A DNA stretch of 43,601 nt from Chiloscyllium plagiosum (taxonomy: Eukaryota): assembly GCF_004010195.1 (NCBI RefSeq), contig NC_057718.1:58560753-58604353 (forward strand), written 5' to 3'. The position numbers and the translations under genes were made by a program. Shown here one piece after another: positions 10,770-23,744 of the stretch; the stretch's first letter is position 1, and the number at the start of each line of letters is the position of its first letter. The notes beneath the pieces were generated by a model. That model was not told the DNA's origin, did not search any database, and saw nothing but the letters and a program-made list of their open reading frames with translations.

Positions 10770-11480
10770 CAAAATTCCTATGACTCTGCTTTCACGGTCT
10801 TTTGAGGAAGAAGGTTCAGAGACTCATTATCCTCTGAAAGACAAAATTTCTCCTGGTCTTTATTTTAATGAGTGACTGTTCATCATTAAACAATAACCTT
10901 TGGTTCCAATTCTTAGTTCTTAGTTCATAAGCTAATTTGCAAAATCACTTTGCTTTGCTCTCATGCACCATAACAGTCCTTATTTAAGTTTAAAAATCTA
11001 GTCTTGCTCCCACCTTTCTCTCCCTTTATCTAAATGTAAAATTCAGAATTATAATTGGTGCTACCTAGGACACCTTCATTATGAGGTCATCAGTTAATCT
11101 TATGTCATTGCTGAACATCAGGTCCAATGTAACTTGTTCTCTGGTTAGCTCCAGAATGTGCTATCTAAAAAAACCTCATTTATAACCATCTTATGAACTC
11201 TTTATCTAGATCTCATTTACCTATCTGATTCTTTCAGCTCTATATATAGATTAAAGTCCTATATAATTCTCTATACCTTTGTGATAAGTGCCCACTATTT
11301 CTTTCTGTTTACTCCACCCTATTATGTAGTCATGAGGGTTGTGCACCACTCCCACAAATTATTTCTTGCCTTTATAATTTCTCATCTCTGCCAATGCGAC
11401 ATGAACATCCTTATTTCTTGAACTTAGGTTATACCTCCCTTTTGTGTTGATACCATCATTAACTAACAGAGTCACCCCAT
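10770..11480 (-). mobile_element. Old, heavily decayed CR1 fragments
   Basis: Nucleotide resemblance to the 3' and endonuclease regions of the 4865-10215 element. Confidence 0.45.
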
Positions 11481-11569
11481 TGCCAATGTTTGCAATTAAT
11501 GTTCACCTTTATAATTACTGTCTGCTACACTGAAAATCAGATATAATTTGAATTAGGATCACAACTTGA

Positions 11570-12255
11570 TGCTAAACATCATTTCAGATTTCAGCAGTGC
11601 AGTGAGGTGAGATTGTGGATGAATTTGAAGACATGGCTATTGAAGTCAACACATTAGGAGCAGTGTTAGACTGCGAGGCAGGTGTGATTAGTTAGTGCTG
11701 CAAATTGTGAGCTTCTGCCTGACTTGGATTTTCTGTCGTCTCTAACTTGGAAAATCATTGCAAGTGGCATTCATAAAAATAAGCCTTAAGGTGAGGAGGA
11801 CATGGATGAGCAACTGACTGAGTACAGTGTGAATATAGATCTGTAAAGTTGGCAAGTAAACATTTAAACCATGGGACTCGTAGGGTTTGAGGTTTCGATT
11901 TCAATGTTGATCAGGAAAGAGGTATGTGTCAGGAGGCGACGTTAGAAAGGGACAGAAAGAGAATTGATAGCTTTGCCTCAAAGATTTTAGCAGGAGTTGA
12001 ATAGGTTTCATGTTGTTATTCATGAAAACTCTAGTTTGTTTTACACTTGATCAGACAGCATGTGTCAGTTGTCACAGATTGAAGTTAGGCTTTGTCCACG
12101 CATGTATGGAAATTAATCCACTATTTTCCAGGGCAGGGAATTGACAAAGAATAAGGAGCTAAGATCCTGGCTTTGCAAATGTAAATGAAAAGGCCAGCTG
12201 ACTACATGGGGAAATATAGAAGTGGGAGCATGATAATGCAGGATGGAGACATTGA
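11570..12255 (-). mobile_element. Old L2-like LINE RT fragment
   Basis: Reverse complement near 12130-12170 resembles the PQGSxLGPLLF-coding region. Highly diverged. Confidence 0.4.
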
Positions 12256-12894
12256 GTTTTTCTTAAAAGGCTTTTTTTTTGCTAAAACGTTAGAATAAAT
12301 ATCATTTCCATTAATGCTGTAAGACCGTTTTAGTATTTTGAAGTGTCCTCATTTAACTGGATAAACATTCTAAAATAATGTCACCATAATAGAGGCCTGT
12401 AAAACAAGAAAATTTATTTGCAGCTCACATGATTGAATTAGCAAATTATTTTAGTTTACATTTCGATTTGGTTCATAATTGGTGGATACATTTTTTCCAA
12501 GACAAGAGTCTTAGAAAGGTTTGTAAGATAATAGATGTTTACCAATCAATCTTTAGTAACACCATCATTCTATTTCAACTCTACAACTTCCATTGCAATC
12601 ATCAGAGACCTACAGTCAAGTCATAGGTTCACCGCAGTCTGCTGCGGTCTCAAAAATATTGTTATTTCAGCTCCACATTTTCTGCAGCTATGTTGTTACC
12701 TTGTTTACGGTGACCAAGCTGGCTTGATGGTTGCTGGTTACGCCATATCTTATGCTGTAAACGGTATGTGAACATTATATTTATTTTAATTATAATAATT
12801 ATTGACCCATCAGGTATACTTATGACGAGAAAATCAGTTTGCCATTTGTCAAGTTAAGATGTGTTAGATGTCCAGATGATTTTATAGTTTTTCC

Positions 12895-13135
12895 TTTATT
12901 TAATTGTGGGACATGGACATTGCTGGCTGGCCAGAATTTATTGCCTGTCCTAAGTTACCCTTGAGAAGGTGATGGTTGAACTGCTGCAGTTCAACTGCTG
13001 TGGATTGACCCACAATACTGTTAGGGAGGGAATTCCAGGATTTTGACCCAGCAACGTTGAAGAAATGGCAATATATTTCCAAGTCAGAATGGTGAGGGGC
13101 CTGGAGGGGAACTTGTAGATGGTAGTGTTCCTATT
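12895..13135 (-). mobile_element. 3' end of an L2/Crack-like (CR1-group) LINE
   Basis: Encodes VAGSKSWNSLPNSIVG...HHLLKGN. Homologous to 41600-41780 and 39030-39168. Confidence 0.8.
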
Positions 13136-13139
13136 TTTC

Positions 13140-13712
13140 TGAACAATGATGGCAGTTGGCAGCAGAGTAGCAGGGCTGAGCTTGAGGCTTGTCCGGTCCT
13201 GTCTGCTTTCTTTCCTTTTTTTTCTTTTTACTTTTCCTTTTTTTTTCTTTCACCTTTATTTTCTTTTTGTTAAAGCGTTTTGCGGCGATTTTGCAGCATC
13301 AACATGGTAGTGTGGGCAGGCAGTACCGGTGATTGGATAGAGTGGCGTCAGTGTCAGCTACAACATGGCTCCTTCCAGTGTTCAGGTGCAGTGGTGACAT
13401 CATCAGCGGCAGCAAAAACATGGCTCCTCCCGATGTTCGATGCAAGGCTCACTGGCTGACCGAGACTCCAGGATGTGGCTAGGCTCATATGCCTGTATTG
13501 GTAGTTGGGTGTTCCAAACAACTTTATGGAAATAAGACTTCAGATTTTAAGATCTGGATGTTTTCTTATTATTTGGCTCTTCTTATTATTTCTGTTTTTT
13601 TAAAAATACTGGGTTTGTAACCAAGATGTTTCCAGAGAATGGTGACTTTGTACAGCTTTCACTGTATTCATGAATTCCAATACTTGGGTACACATGACAG
13701 TAAAAGTTAAAT
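13140..13712 (+). repeat. Unclassified interspersed repeat, possibly non-autonomous with a Rex1-like 3' tail
   Basis: GC-rich body ending aagatgtttccagagaatggtgac...tttcactgta...gtacacatgacagtaaa. Loosely similar to 16525-17140. Confidence 0.3.
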
Positions 13713-13714
13713 CA

Positions 13715-13876
13715 GAAGTCACACGACACCAGGTTATAGTCCAACAAACTTATGGAGCACTGCTCCTTCATCATCTGTTCCTTCATTACCTGACTTCACC
13801 TGATGAAGGACCTGCTCTCCAAAAGCTTGTGTTTTCAAATAATCCTGTTGGACTATAACTTGGTGTGGTGTGACTT
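13715..13876. mobile_element. Palindromic PLE family-2 insert with head-to-head HHR remnants
   Basis: aagtcacacgacaccaggttatagtccaaca ... tgttggactataacttggtgtggtgtgactt form inverted arms. CTGATGA at 13800, with a reverse-strand remnant near 13755-13773. Confidence 0.8.
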
Positions 13877-15739
13877 CCCCCACTCCCACCCACACTGATA
13901 TTCTTGGGCATCAATTCCAGTGGCATGAAGAAGTGGCTAGAGCTATGTTCCACATAAAGAGAACAATTCTCAATATCACACGATATAATACATGACACCC
14001 AATTCCACGTTTTGTATTGTTCTGTTACAATCCAACAAATAATCGTGCTGCTCTCTAATTGCTTACCGTGTATGGCACAGGTTCAATCTGCAACTGATAA
14101 TTGTCACTCCTTGCACACTTACATTTTCAAAGGCTTCACATTTAAAATGCTTGCAATACAAATCTACCTGGAAAAGGTTCAGACTAACCCAAGTGTGATC
14201 TGTCATGTGAGCCTCTCCAGTTTGATTATTGTTTGAGCACAGCAGCAATGTTTTGGACCTGCTTTTCTGTAAGCTCTTGGGTGTTTATGTTGGGGAGGAG
14301 AGGTAACCCTTTCCATAGAGTGCAGGATTGAATGTTTATTTCTTTAAAAAAAACTCAAGTATTCTCCAATTCACTTTGCAAAATATCTTGTAATCAGTGC
14401 ACAGTTATAAGACTTTTCTCATTTGTGCCAAGGCAGCAATGTTAAACATAGCACAATTAACAAATAGAGTAATACTTTGAAAATTACATATTGCTGCCCA
14501 GATAAATCAACAGGTTTTTAATCTATCTAAGCTGGTTATACACACTTTGGGCAACATTTTGCAACACAGGGCAAATCTACATCATGTATGGAAATAAGTT
14601 CCTGATCTCATTCCCACCCTCTGCTGTTTTCACGGGCATGGAATAAAAATACAGGTTGTGATCCAATATGCACCAATCTCATTGCTAATGTTCCCATTGT
14701 GTGGTGGTGATTTCAGAGCCTCACACTTTTTATGTCATTGGGCTTTGAAGGATTTCTGAAGATAACTTGGTTTGCAGATCGGAATGGCATTTACCATGAT
14801 GGAAACCTGATGGAAACCTGTTGGGAACCTTTTGATAGGTAAGTTTAATCATTGCTGACAAGCACATATCTTAGAATTAGATGTTGAGTGATTTTGTTTT
14901 ACATCAGTGATTGGCTATAAGGCTTTGTTCTTTAAAAGTAAGCGAATATTAAATTGACGAGCTTTGTACAAGTAATCAGAAGCATTAAAGTACTTTATGC
15001 AGGAGATACCATTGAACCCTTTGAGATTCAAAATGTAAAGTGCCATTTGAGACCAGAGCTCTGATCTTTTCATTGATTGAGAGGTCGGCCTTCTCTTCAG
15101 CTTTTGAAACAGTAAAACAGATGGTTGAGTTATTTATTGATATGTCAGTTATATATTCAGCCTTTAAAGCAGTGAAACAGATGGTGAAAGGATCCAATAC
15201 TTCAAAAGCTTTACAATATTTACTACTGGAAGCTTTGCTAATACATTTGTGGAAAAAAATCTTGTAATGAATGCAGGTTGAGTTTGAAATTCCACGAATT
15301 GATTCAACTGAGCTCGTGTTGTTGATACAGGTGTCAAGGTGACTATGAACTTGGTTTGATTCACAGTTTTATGAAATTTGAATATGTTTTTGCACATACA
15401 TTTGAATGTGTATTTATTTTGACAGCTTTATGACCATTTAAGATTTTTTCGAATGGACTTTAAGTGACTGTCAGTGACTTTCTTGTGCGATTAATGTAAA
15501 TTTAAATAATAATATCATAAAATGGATATGTTGATTTTAAAATTTTGCTTTTTGAATCTATATTTAATTGAAAAATACATTGAATTTCACAATTAGACTC
15601 TATAAATATCCCCTGTACTTTGATATTTATGAACTTATGTTATGAATTAATGTGCAAATAAAGCCTTTTCAACCAAATTATTTTTAAATTCTTAAATTGC
15701 ACATAGTACTCTTACTTTTTCAGTAAATTTAAGAATGAG

Positions 15740-16165
15740 TCCCACAGGTAACAATGCTGGGACTCCAACTATTTAAAGTTTGTTTCAGTCACCTGGATGA
15801 AAGAGTCAAATGTGCGGTTGCTGACTTGACAGAAAGAGAAGGAGGAACATAAGAGTAAAAAGGGCATAAAGAGTCTGCAAAAGGTTGTAGACAGGATTTA
15901 TGCATAGGTAAATAAAAATGAAAAAATGTGAACTTTGACAAGTAAAACAGAAAAGAAGACTACTTTTCAAATAGAACAGTAGAGGAGAGACACTGCAGAA
16001 CTCTGTTACAAAAATGATCTCTTTGTCATAGAGTCAGAGGGTCATAGAGATCCTTGTACATGTATCAAAAAAAAGTCAACATGTGGGCACAGCAATTGAT
16101 TATGAAGGCAAATGGGATGTTGGCATTGAATATTGTTGCCACACTGTACACAGCCTTAGAGAGAA
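15740..16165 (+). mobile_element. Decayed CR1 RT fragment
   Basis: gagtcccacagg...tgctgggactccaactattt (VPQGSVLGPxLF-like) and downstream CR1 RT blocks. Confidence 0.6.
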
Positions 16166-16187
16166 AACTGTCTAGGCCCCTGGATTC

Positions 16188-16527
16188 TGGGAGGCAGTGC
16201 CATTGGTAATGTCAGCCCGAAGTCGAGAGTGTAGTGCTGGAAAAGCACAGCAGGTCAGGCAGCATCCGAGGAGCAGGTGAATCAACATTTCAGGTATAAG
16301 CCCTTCATCAGGATCCAGCATTACCCTCTCGACTCTGATCTCCAACATCTGCAGTCCTCACTATCTCCTAATATCAACCAGAAAACAGGTTTCTGTTCTG
16401 GTGACACGGGTTTAAATCCCAGATTGTGAAAATGATTGAATTCAATATAATCTGGAATAAAATGTTATTCTAACGGTGACTATGTAAACATTGTTGATTA
16501 TCAGATAAACCCATCTGGTTGACTAGT
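16188..16527 (+). mobile_element. tRNA-derived SINE (3'-truncated), interrupted by a PLE insert
   Basis: B-box-like gggtttaaatccc. Body homologous to 37218-37544 (aaacccatctggttgacta). Confidence 0.65.
16222..16368. mobile_element. Short PLE family-1 insert (inverted HHR segment plus sense tail)
   Basis: Degenerate TSD taatgtcagcccgaa (16207-16221) / taatatcaaccagaa (16369-16383). CTGATGA on minus at 16305-16311. Confidence 0.85.
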
Positions 16528-17789
16528 GGCAATGGCGGCAAAGCTCCTCCAGCAATCAGAGGTGGCACTGGCACCAAAGAACTTTTCAAGATGGCTCTGC
16601 TGGCAACTGGGGGGGCTGGAGGTGTACTCTTGATGCTGTGGTGACCTGGCCTAGCAGCAGAGCCAGGGACTTCTGGTTGCTCTAGGCCCAGAGAGGGACT
16701 TCTGGCATTGACGAGGTGACGGCTGCAGCAGTGGCAGAATAGTATGCTTGGAGCAGGGAGTCCTGTGGTTATTGAGGCAGCACAGAGCCCGGGGATCTCT
16801 GGTAATCCACAAGGCAGTGGTGACAGCAGAGTAGGGCACTCCTAGTTGTGGGCCAAGTGTGGGTTTGGTGTGGGATTCTGCTTGGCAAGGTAGGCCCAGC
16901 AGCGACGAGATGGTGCCTAAAGAGTGGCGATGTCTACATCAGTGGGTCTGGCGGCAATGAGGTGGTGAAAGAGGAGTAGCGGCGCAGGTATGGCTAGTTA
17001 GCCAGCTCAGGGTTCATGGTAGAGACAGTGGAATGAAGATAGACTCTCTTTCAGTTATATCTTTTTACTCTTTTCATTCTCAACCTATTCAAAAATGGTG
17101 CCGGATTGTGGCATCCTACCCACCAGATACTCCATGTACTCACTATTCAACACTACCATCCCCCCGCCATTGAACAAATAGTCTACCCCCTTACCAATTT
17201 ACCTTTTCATTGTTTGTGTCACAGTGGTTGGCTGTGTTGCTGGATGTTTAAACTTCAGAAATCCTGTAAATCAGTTCATCCTGTTAAGGGACGTGTGGCT
17301 TCAATGATGGTTCTCCTTTTTGCTGTCCATTGTTTGCTGGGTCTCTGATATTTTCTAACAGGAGGTTTCAGTCCAGGAATCTCCAGTGTGGAACTGATCT
17401 CCAAGTAACTGGTTGTTTTTAGCCTGATCCTATTTATATCTTCGATTGTAATTTCTGGGCCAGTATCGTGGAAGGATTAGAGATCAAATAAGGGGAAAGA
17501 ATGCTCGAGAAAGAGTGACTACTGTATTAGGGATTTAGATTCCCAATGGATAAGATCAAGATACAATCAGAAGTAAAACTTTGAAATTGAAAGATGAGTA
17601 ACTTCTATGAGGAGAGAAGGTCCTAGCCCAAGTAAAATAGTACTAAAATTTAACAGGAAAAACAATAGTGGAACAATGGATGATCTTTGAAGAGGACAAG
17701 ATTCTGAGTTACATTCCAATATGAGCAGAAGGATAGTACAGAAATCCAGTGGCAACAAAAGCCCTGTAAAATAAGACATCTGCACAGTA

Positions 17790-18712
17790 AGGATCTTTCC
17801 CCTAGCGTGGGGAAATTCAAAATTAAGGGGCATGTTTTGTAAATGAGAGGAGAAAAGTTTAAAAAGGACATAGGTGGCAACACAGAGTGGTTTGTATGTG
17901 GAATGAACTGCTAGAGAAAGTGGTGAATGAAGGTACATTTACACTATTTAAAGGCCATGTTGTGACAATATAGCTCCTTTAACAATGTTATGTTGTCTTG
18001 GTTTTTTTTGAGGGGTCGTGCAAACAGATTCCAACATGTCTGAGTGTATCTATTTAAGAAATTTTTACGTTTTTAAACAAACACTTGTACAATGAAAGGG
18101 GAGTGGCCAGTTGTCCCAGCTCAGCTTTTTTCTGTTTTGGTTTATTTTGGATTTAGCAAACAGTCAGTTTTTGAGGCTGCTGGTCCAATAAACAGTGACA
18201 TGGAAGAAGGTGTTCCGTGCTGAATCTCTCTTCCATCTCTCTCTCTCCTGTAAAACCCTGTGATTGATCTTACCTTTTTTGCCAAGTGGTGTTTATGGGG
18301 ATTATTCCAGGAATTTTAGAACGGCATCATTAAGTTGGGATAGTCTGTTGGGTTTTCGGAGAGGTTAAGTTATTCTATATTCTATTTTCTTTTGTTTGTA
18401 TTTCATTTGGTACTCTGTAAATAAATTCTGTTTTGTTTAAAACTGAGGGGTTTGACCAGCTGCATCACTCGTGGAATATCTAATCTACACCTGTTCAAAA
18501 CAACTAGAAAAATTCACGTCTGGGCTACCTTCTTGAAATGTTTTGAGAGGGTCTGGCCTGCTCCATAACAATGTGGACAAGTACATGAATCAGAAAGGTT
18601 TGGAGGGATATGGGCCAAACTGAGGCAAATGGGACTAGTTTGGTTTGGGACCATGGTCGGTGGAGACTATTTGGATTAAAAGATCTGTTTTCATGCTGCC
18701 TGACTCTGACTC
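17790..18712 (+). mobile_element. CR1 3' end split by a solo LTR
   Basis: Removing 17961-18575 restores aaggccatgtggacaagtacatgaat. Tail ends tgactctgactctg. Confidence 0.8.
17961..18571 (+). mobile_element. Solo LTR (611 bp; Gypsy or ERV class)
   Basis: TGT...ACA termini, 4-bp TSD ATGT (17957-17960 / 18572-18575), and AATAAA near 18420. Confidence 0.85.
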
Positions 18713-18719
18713 TGTGCTG

Positions 18720-19442
18720 ACTTACAGATATGTTAAAGGTATGGATTAACACTTGGAAATGTGATATTGTTGCCATGACAGAGATATGGCTGAAGGAAGG
18801 GGGAGCACTGGCAACTCAACATTCCAGGGTATTGGATCTGTAAGTGAGACCGGAAAAAGTGTAAGTGGAGGGGTTATGGCATTATTACTTAAGGAATCAG
18901 TTACCGCAGTAAACAGGGACAATATCTTCTTCTTTATGGGTACAGCCTCCAAATAAAAATGCCACAGTCACATTGCTGGGTCTATACTATAGACCTCAAA
19001 CAGTCAACAGGCAATTGGGGTGTAGGCAGAGCATTTAAAATAGAAATGGCGAGAATACAGACGCAACATGTTTCCTCAAGGGTGAAATGTCGGAGCATAA
19101 AGCCCAAAGAATCCTGAATGTCCAGGAATATTCAAGACTGCGGAACAACGAAAAGAAAGGCTTTTAGTATTTGCAAATGGGAGCAAGTCAATGGAGATCC
19201 CGGTGGAGTATAGCAAGTGCAGGGGTGTGGGGGGGTTGATTTGTAAGTTTTTAGATGACAAATGGTTTGGCCGGGTGGTTACTAGTGATGAAGAAGGTGT
19301 TAGGTTATAGGAAGTTACAGACAGGTTGGTCAAATAGGCAGATCAGTGCCAGATGGAATGAAACCCTGAAAAATGTGAGATGATACTCTTTGGAAGAAGT
19401 AACAGGACAAGGAAGTACTTAATGAATGGCAGAACACTCAGA
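18720..19442 (+). mobile_element. Decayed, internally deleted CR1 ORF2 (endonuclease to RT)
   Basis: gatattgttgccatgacagagatatggctg (DIVAxTExWL) and tgccagatggaatgaaaccctgaaaaatgtgag (WQMxFNxEKCE-like). Confidence 0.7.
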
Positions 19443-19444
19443 GT

Positions 19445-20225
19445 CTCAGTGTATGTGGGAATGTTGCACTTCACCAGTGAGGCCTTAAAGATATCGCTGA
19501 AGTGCTTCCTCTGTTCACCTGGGATTCACCTATTGTTTCGAAGCTGGGAGTCGAGCATTTGCTTAGAGAGTCTTGTGCTGATCATATGGATGACATGACC
19601 AGCCCATCGTGGCCTGTCAAGGGTGGTCAGGGTGCCTGGATGCTGGGCTGTTGGCCTGGTCAAGGACACTGGTGTTGGTACATTTTTCTTCCCAGTGGAT
19701 TTGCAGGATCTTGTGCAGGCAGCATTGGTGGTACTGCTCCAGCATCTTGAGGTGTCTGTTGTAGACAGTCCATGTCTCAAACCCATATAGGAGGGCAGGA
19801 ATCACCAAAGCTCTGTAAACCATGATCTTGGTGTTGAATCTGATGTTGTTGTCCTTGAATGCCCTTTTCCTCAGACGGCTGAAGGCTGTGCTAGCACACT
19901 AGAGGTGGTGCTCAATCTCTTCAACAATAGCTGCTTTGAGTGGGTACATGAATAGAAAGGGTTTAGAGAGATATGGGCCAAGTGCTGGCAAATGAGACTA
20001 GATTAATTTAGGATATCTGGTCTGCATGGACGAGTTGAACCGAAGGGTCTGTTTCCATGCTGTACATCTCGATGACTCCATGACAGTCCTGAGGTATTGG
20101 AAGTGGTCACTGTTCTCTAAGGCCTCCCTGTAGATCCTTGATGCTTGGGGGTTCACTGCACAATGCCAGGCCATTAGTGGAGGACCTTGGTCTTGCAAAT
20201 GTTCAGGGTGAGATCCATGTTCGTA
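19445..20225 (-). mobile_element. RTE-clade (BovB-like) LINE fragment interrupted by a CR1 3' end at about 19942-20084 (+)
   Basis: MVYRALVIPALLYGFETWTVYNRHLKMLEQYHQCCLHKILQIHW and RWAGHVIHM...RLSKQML. ALENSDHFQYL lies upstream of the insert. Confidence 0.88.
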
Positions 20226-20259
20226 GATTGAATAGGAAGCAGCTGTTTTTTTATTTAAA

Positions 20260-20537
20260 GGCTCAATAAATAAGGGTGATAATTTTAAGGTGATGCGCAG
20301 GAGGTTTAGAATAGTTTTGAGGAAACACTTTGAACCCAGAGGGTCATGGGAATCTGGAACGTGCTACTTAGGAGGATATTAGAGGCGAGAAGCCTGACTA
20401 CCTAAAAATGGATGAGCATTTGAAATGTCATAGCATTCAAAGCTTTAGACTCAGTGTTGGAAATTGGGATTAGAGTGGTTAGGTTGGCACAGACCTGATG
20501 GGCTGAAGTGCCTGTACTGTGCTTTATGACTCGATGA
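20260..20537 (+). mobile_element. CR1 3' end
   Basis: Homologous to the other CR1 3' ends (ttttaaggtg...cagagggtcatgggaatctggaac...gggctgaagtgcctgtactgtgct). Confidence 0.75.
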
Positions 20538-23500
20538 TAGGGACTATTTTTTTGTCACAAACACTTGCTGCTGTAGCTTGAAGAAGGCTGAGCTAAAGTA
20601 GATCGTCTGATGTCACATCTCTTCACTAATGGTGATCTTCTGAGAGAAAGGTGCCAAGGTATGGGAACTATTCAATATATTCTAGAATCTCACTTTCAAT
20701 ACACATCAGGTGGAATATTTGGATGACCAGATGTAAGTTGATAGCCAAGTTATGTTTTGGCAGCACTCGAAAATAGTGATTTTGTTTCCTATGAAGTGTT
20801 GAAGAAATTGAGAATGACATCTGAATCTGGTATAGAGTGTGCAGCAGTTCTTCAGTCATCTGCATCTGTGGATCAACCATATCCCTGGAAATTAACAGAA
20901 GGTTAAATTGCAATAACTGTTACAGTAAAGTACACAGAATGCCAACATTATGCCAACAAACTATTTGCACAACCCTATTGTATATGGGTTGTTGTTTAAG
21001 ATTCCCCATTGATGTACCCTGCTACAAACTAATACAATGAACATGGTCAAGTTTCAATGAAAGTCAAGGCTTGCATTCAGCAATCCAGTGATGAACCACA
21101 GACTACCAGGTGTAACCTTTTAAATTGGTTGCAAAATCTGCAGTCTCAGCTTATAGCATGATCTCTGTGGATTGGCAGCTCCTGAGCAGCTGTCAGGCAA
21201 GTTTGATATTTCACCCTGGCATATTTCAGACATTTATCAAGAAGCAGCAGAGAAATAAGGGGCAGCTTACTCCTGACTCATCATGTTGTCAAGAAGATAG
21301 GTATTTAAAAAAATAGCTTCAGAAATTCATGATTCACCCATTTTTTTTCCATAAAAATGGGGAGTATAGTACTTCAAATAAAAATTGCACATTGGGGATT
21401 TCTTTGTCCTTTAAATCATAATTTTAAACAGTGGTACTGCAGCAGGAAATTATGGAACGGAGCATAGATGGGTTAATCTGCTGCTTCAGTGCTTCGGTTG
21501 ACCTCGATTTTCTGTTGTAGTACAAGCAGAGCCCATTATTATTACCTTGATCGCAAGGTCTGCGACTGTTTCAAGTATGACCATGGTTTTCCATCACTCA
21601 GGAACATTGAAGAATTGCTGCTTGGTTTCAGTCACGCACAGCTCTCCAGAGTGCTGATATTCTGAATTGGGCAATTGATTGACATGATAATACATTTTCA
21701 ATGAGACCTGACTGTCTTCAGTTAATAACTCTGCTTAATAGTTAACTGTATATCCTTGTGAACCATTTCATGAGCGGAAATAACCATTAATTAGTTGTGA
21801 ATGTATGGCCTCAGTTTCAAGGCAAACAAATAAATAATATTCAGTTAATTAGAACATTCACTGTCAAGCTTTAAATTATATTGGTTACAATAAGGTAGAG
21901 TTACTTTTGTGGTTATTTATATTATGAGCATCGAGTTTATCAAATCTTGTGTTGTTTTAAGCTGACAAAGATATGATATAACCTCTCTCTATTTCTAATA
22001 TGCAAATAGAAAAATTGTTTTATTAGATCTGTTCTTTACCTTCCATTTGAACAAATTATCAAAACACAATTTCCCATTTCCTACTGTCAAGGTTTTCTTT
22101 ATCCACCCATCCAATCATTCTGGTAATATAAAATTGTTTCTGCCTTAACCATCATCCTGGAAGTGAATTTTGCAACTTCCTAACTCATTTCATACTGTTT
22201 CCCTTGCAGTGAAGATCTTTAAGTTTTGCTGTATGTTTCACCTCACAATTTCCAGTATTTCAGTATTTATTTTCTAAATATCTAACCATTTTTTAAACCA
22301 ACTTGTGCTGGTAAGCATGTAATTTTGTTTTGCATATTTTCTTCCATCATTATAATTTATTGGCTAACAGAAATTGTTGCTCCTTTCAGATAATTGAAAA
22401 TATGAACACTTTACTGAATTATTTGACATTGAAAATGTGTTATGGTGATTGTAATGCAAAATGATTTAGCCAGATGATTTTTTTGTAAAGGACAATTTAT
22501 TCCCCCATCAGTACTTAACAACACCAAATAACTGTGGCTATGTTTTCCTTTCACATTAACTTTAATGAAAGAGCAGGTGCAGGACAAAGCTTTATTCATG
22601 TTTGCTTTTTGGAAAAGCTTTGTCAACAGTGGAGTGTATATTTCCTGATATTTATATACCAGTGTTTCCATGATCTAATTAATTTTGTGATATAAATCTA
22701 TTTTTGTGTGTAGACATTCATATTCTACCATAAACGCTTTTTAAACAGTTAAATATCTGCTTCTCAGATGAACAGATGATCTGTGTGAATACAAATGCTG
22801 TAATACAATGGGTCACACATTTTGAGGAACAGTACCTTTATGCAATTCTACTCTTCATTGCATTGGCTACTAAAACAAAGAGGAGAAATTTGTTCATTAT
22901 AATGCAGTATTCCTTATTTTGAGGAAGGCCACGTAGTCTGCACAGTTCGTGACGTGTAGCTGCCTGCTAGTATGGGAAACAATATGCATTCGTCTAAAAT
23001 CATGTGAGGTAATGGTTCTGAAAGATTTGATGTAAAGTTGCCTGAGCTCCACCCAATCTGATGATGTCTTTGTGTGGAGAAAGAGGCAGTCTTGCAAGGG
23101 GTCCTGACTGAGACAGATTTGACAGACATGGCCCCTGATAGTTGTAACTATCTCTAACTAATTAATGTCAATTAGACCTGTTGACATCACATTAAAAAAA
23201 ATTGTTATGCAAGACCAGTTTCTCCTCTTGTTAAAACTGTCTACTGGTCTATTGTCTATCACTGATAATAGTGATGTTCTTATATTCAGCATGGAGTAAG
23301 AGGATTAGTGGCAGTGGACCACCCCAACAATAAGTCACCAGTGGTTAATAACCAGAGGATATGACATACTTACAGTGTTGGTCAACTGTAAGTATGACAT
23401 GAATTAATTTCTCCCCAAAAATATTTTTTCTATTGAAAATTTTAAGGCTGGTGGAGGTTTTTAGACACTTTACCTTATTATACCCTCTGTCCCATGGCAG

Positions 23501-23744
23501 TCAATTCTGCCATGGTTAATTCACACCTTTACTGTTCACTTTGTCAGTAGCTCTCATTCACGGCTCTCAGTGTTCTACTGAAGGGAAATTGTAACCCACC
23601 AACAAGAGAATTGCCTGTAGCCAGCAAGAGAAAAAGGAAAAAGCACAGAAAGGGAAGAGTAATAGAGTAAAGGGGGAGAATAACAAACACAAAAGAGGAG
23701 GAAATTTCTGTGCTACAAGATTGTGTACACTTTATATCAAACAT

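Noticed and set aside
14778..14838. 61-bp exon-like segment with GTAAGT donor (+)
   Set aside because: Contains an 11-bp tandem duplication and appears to lie in a probable repeat. Peptide unrecognised.
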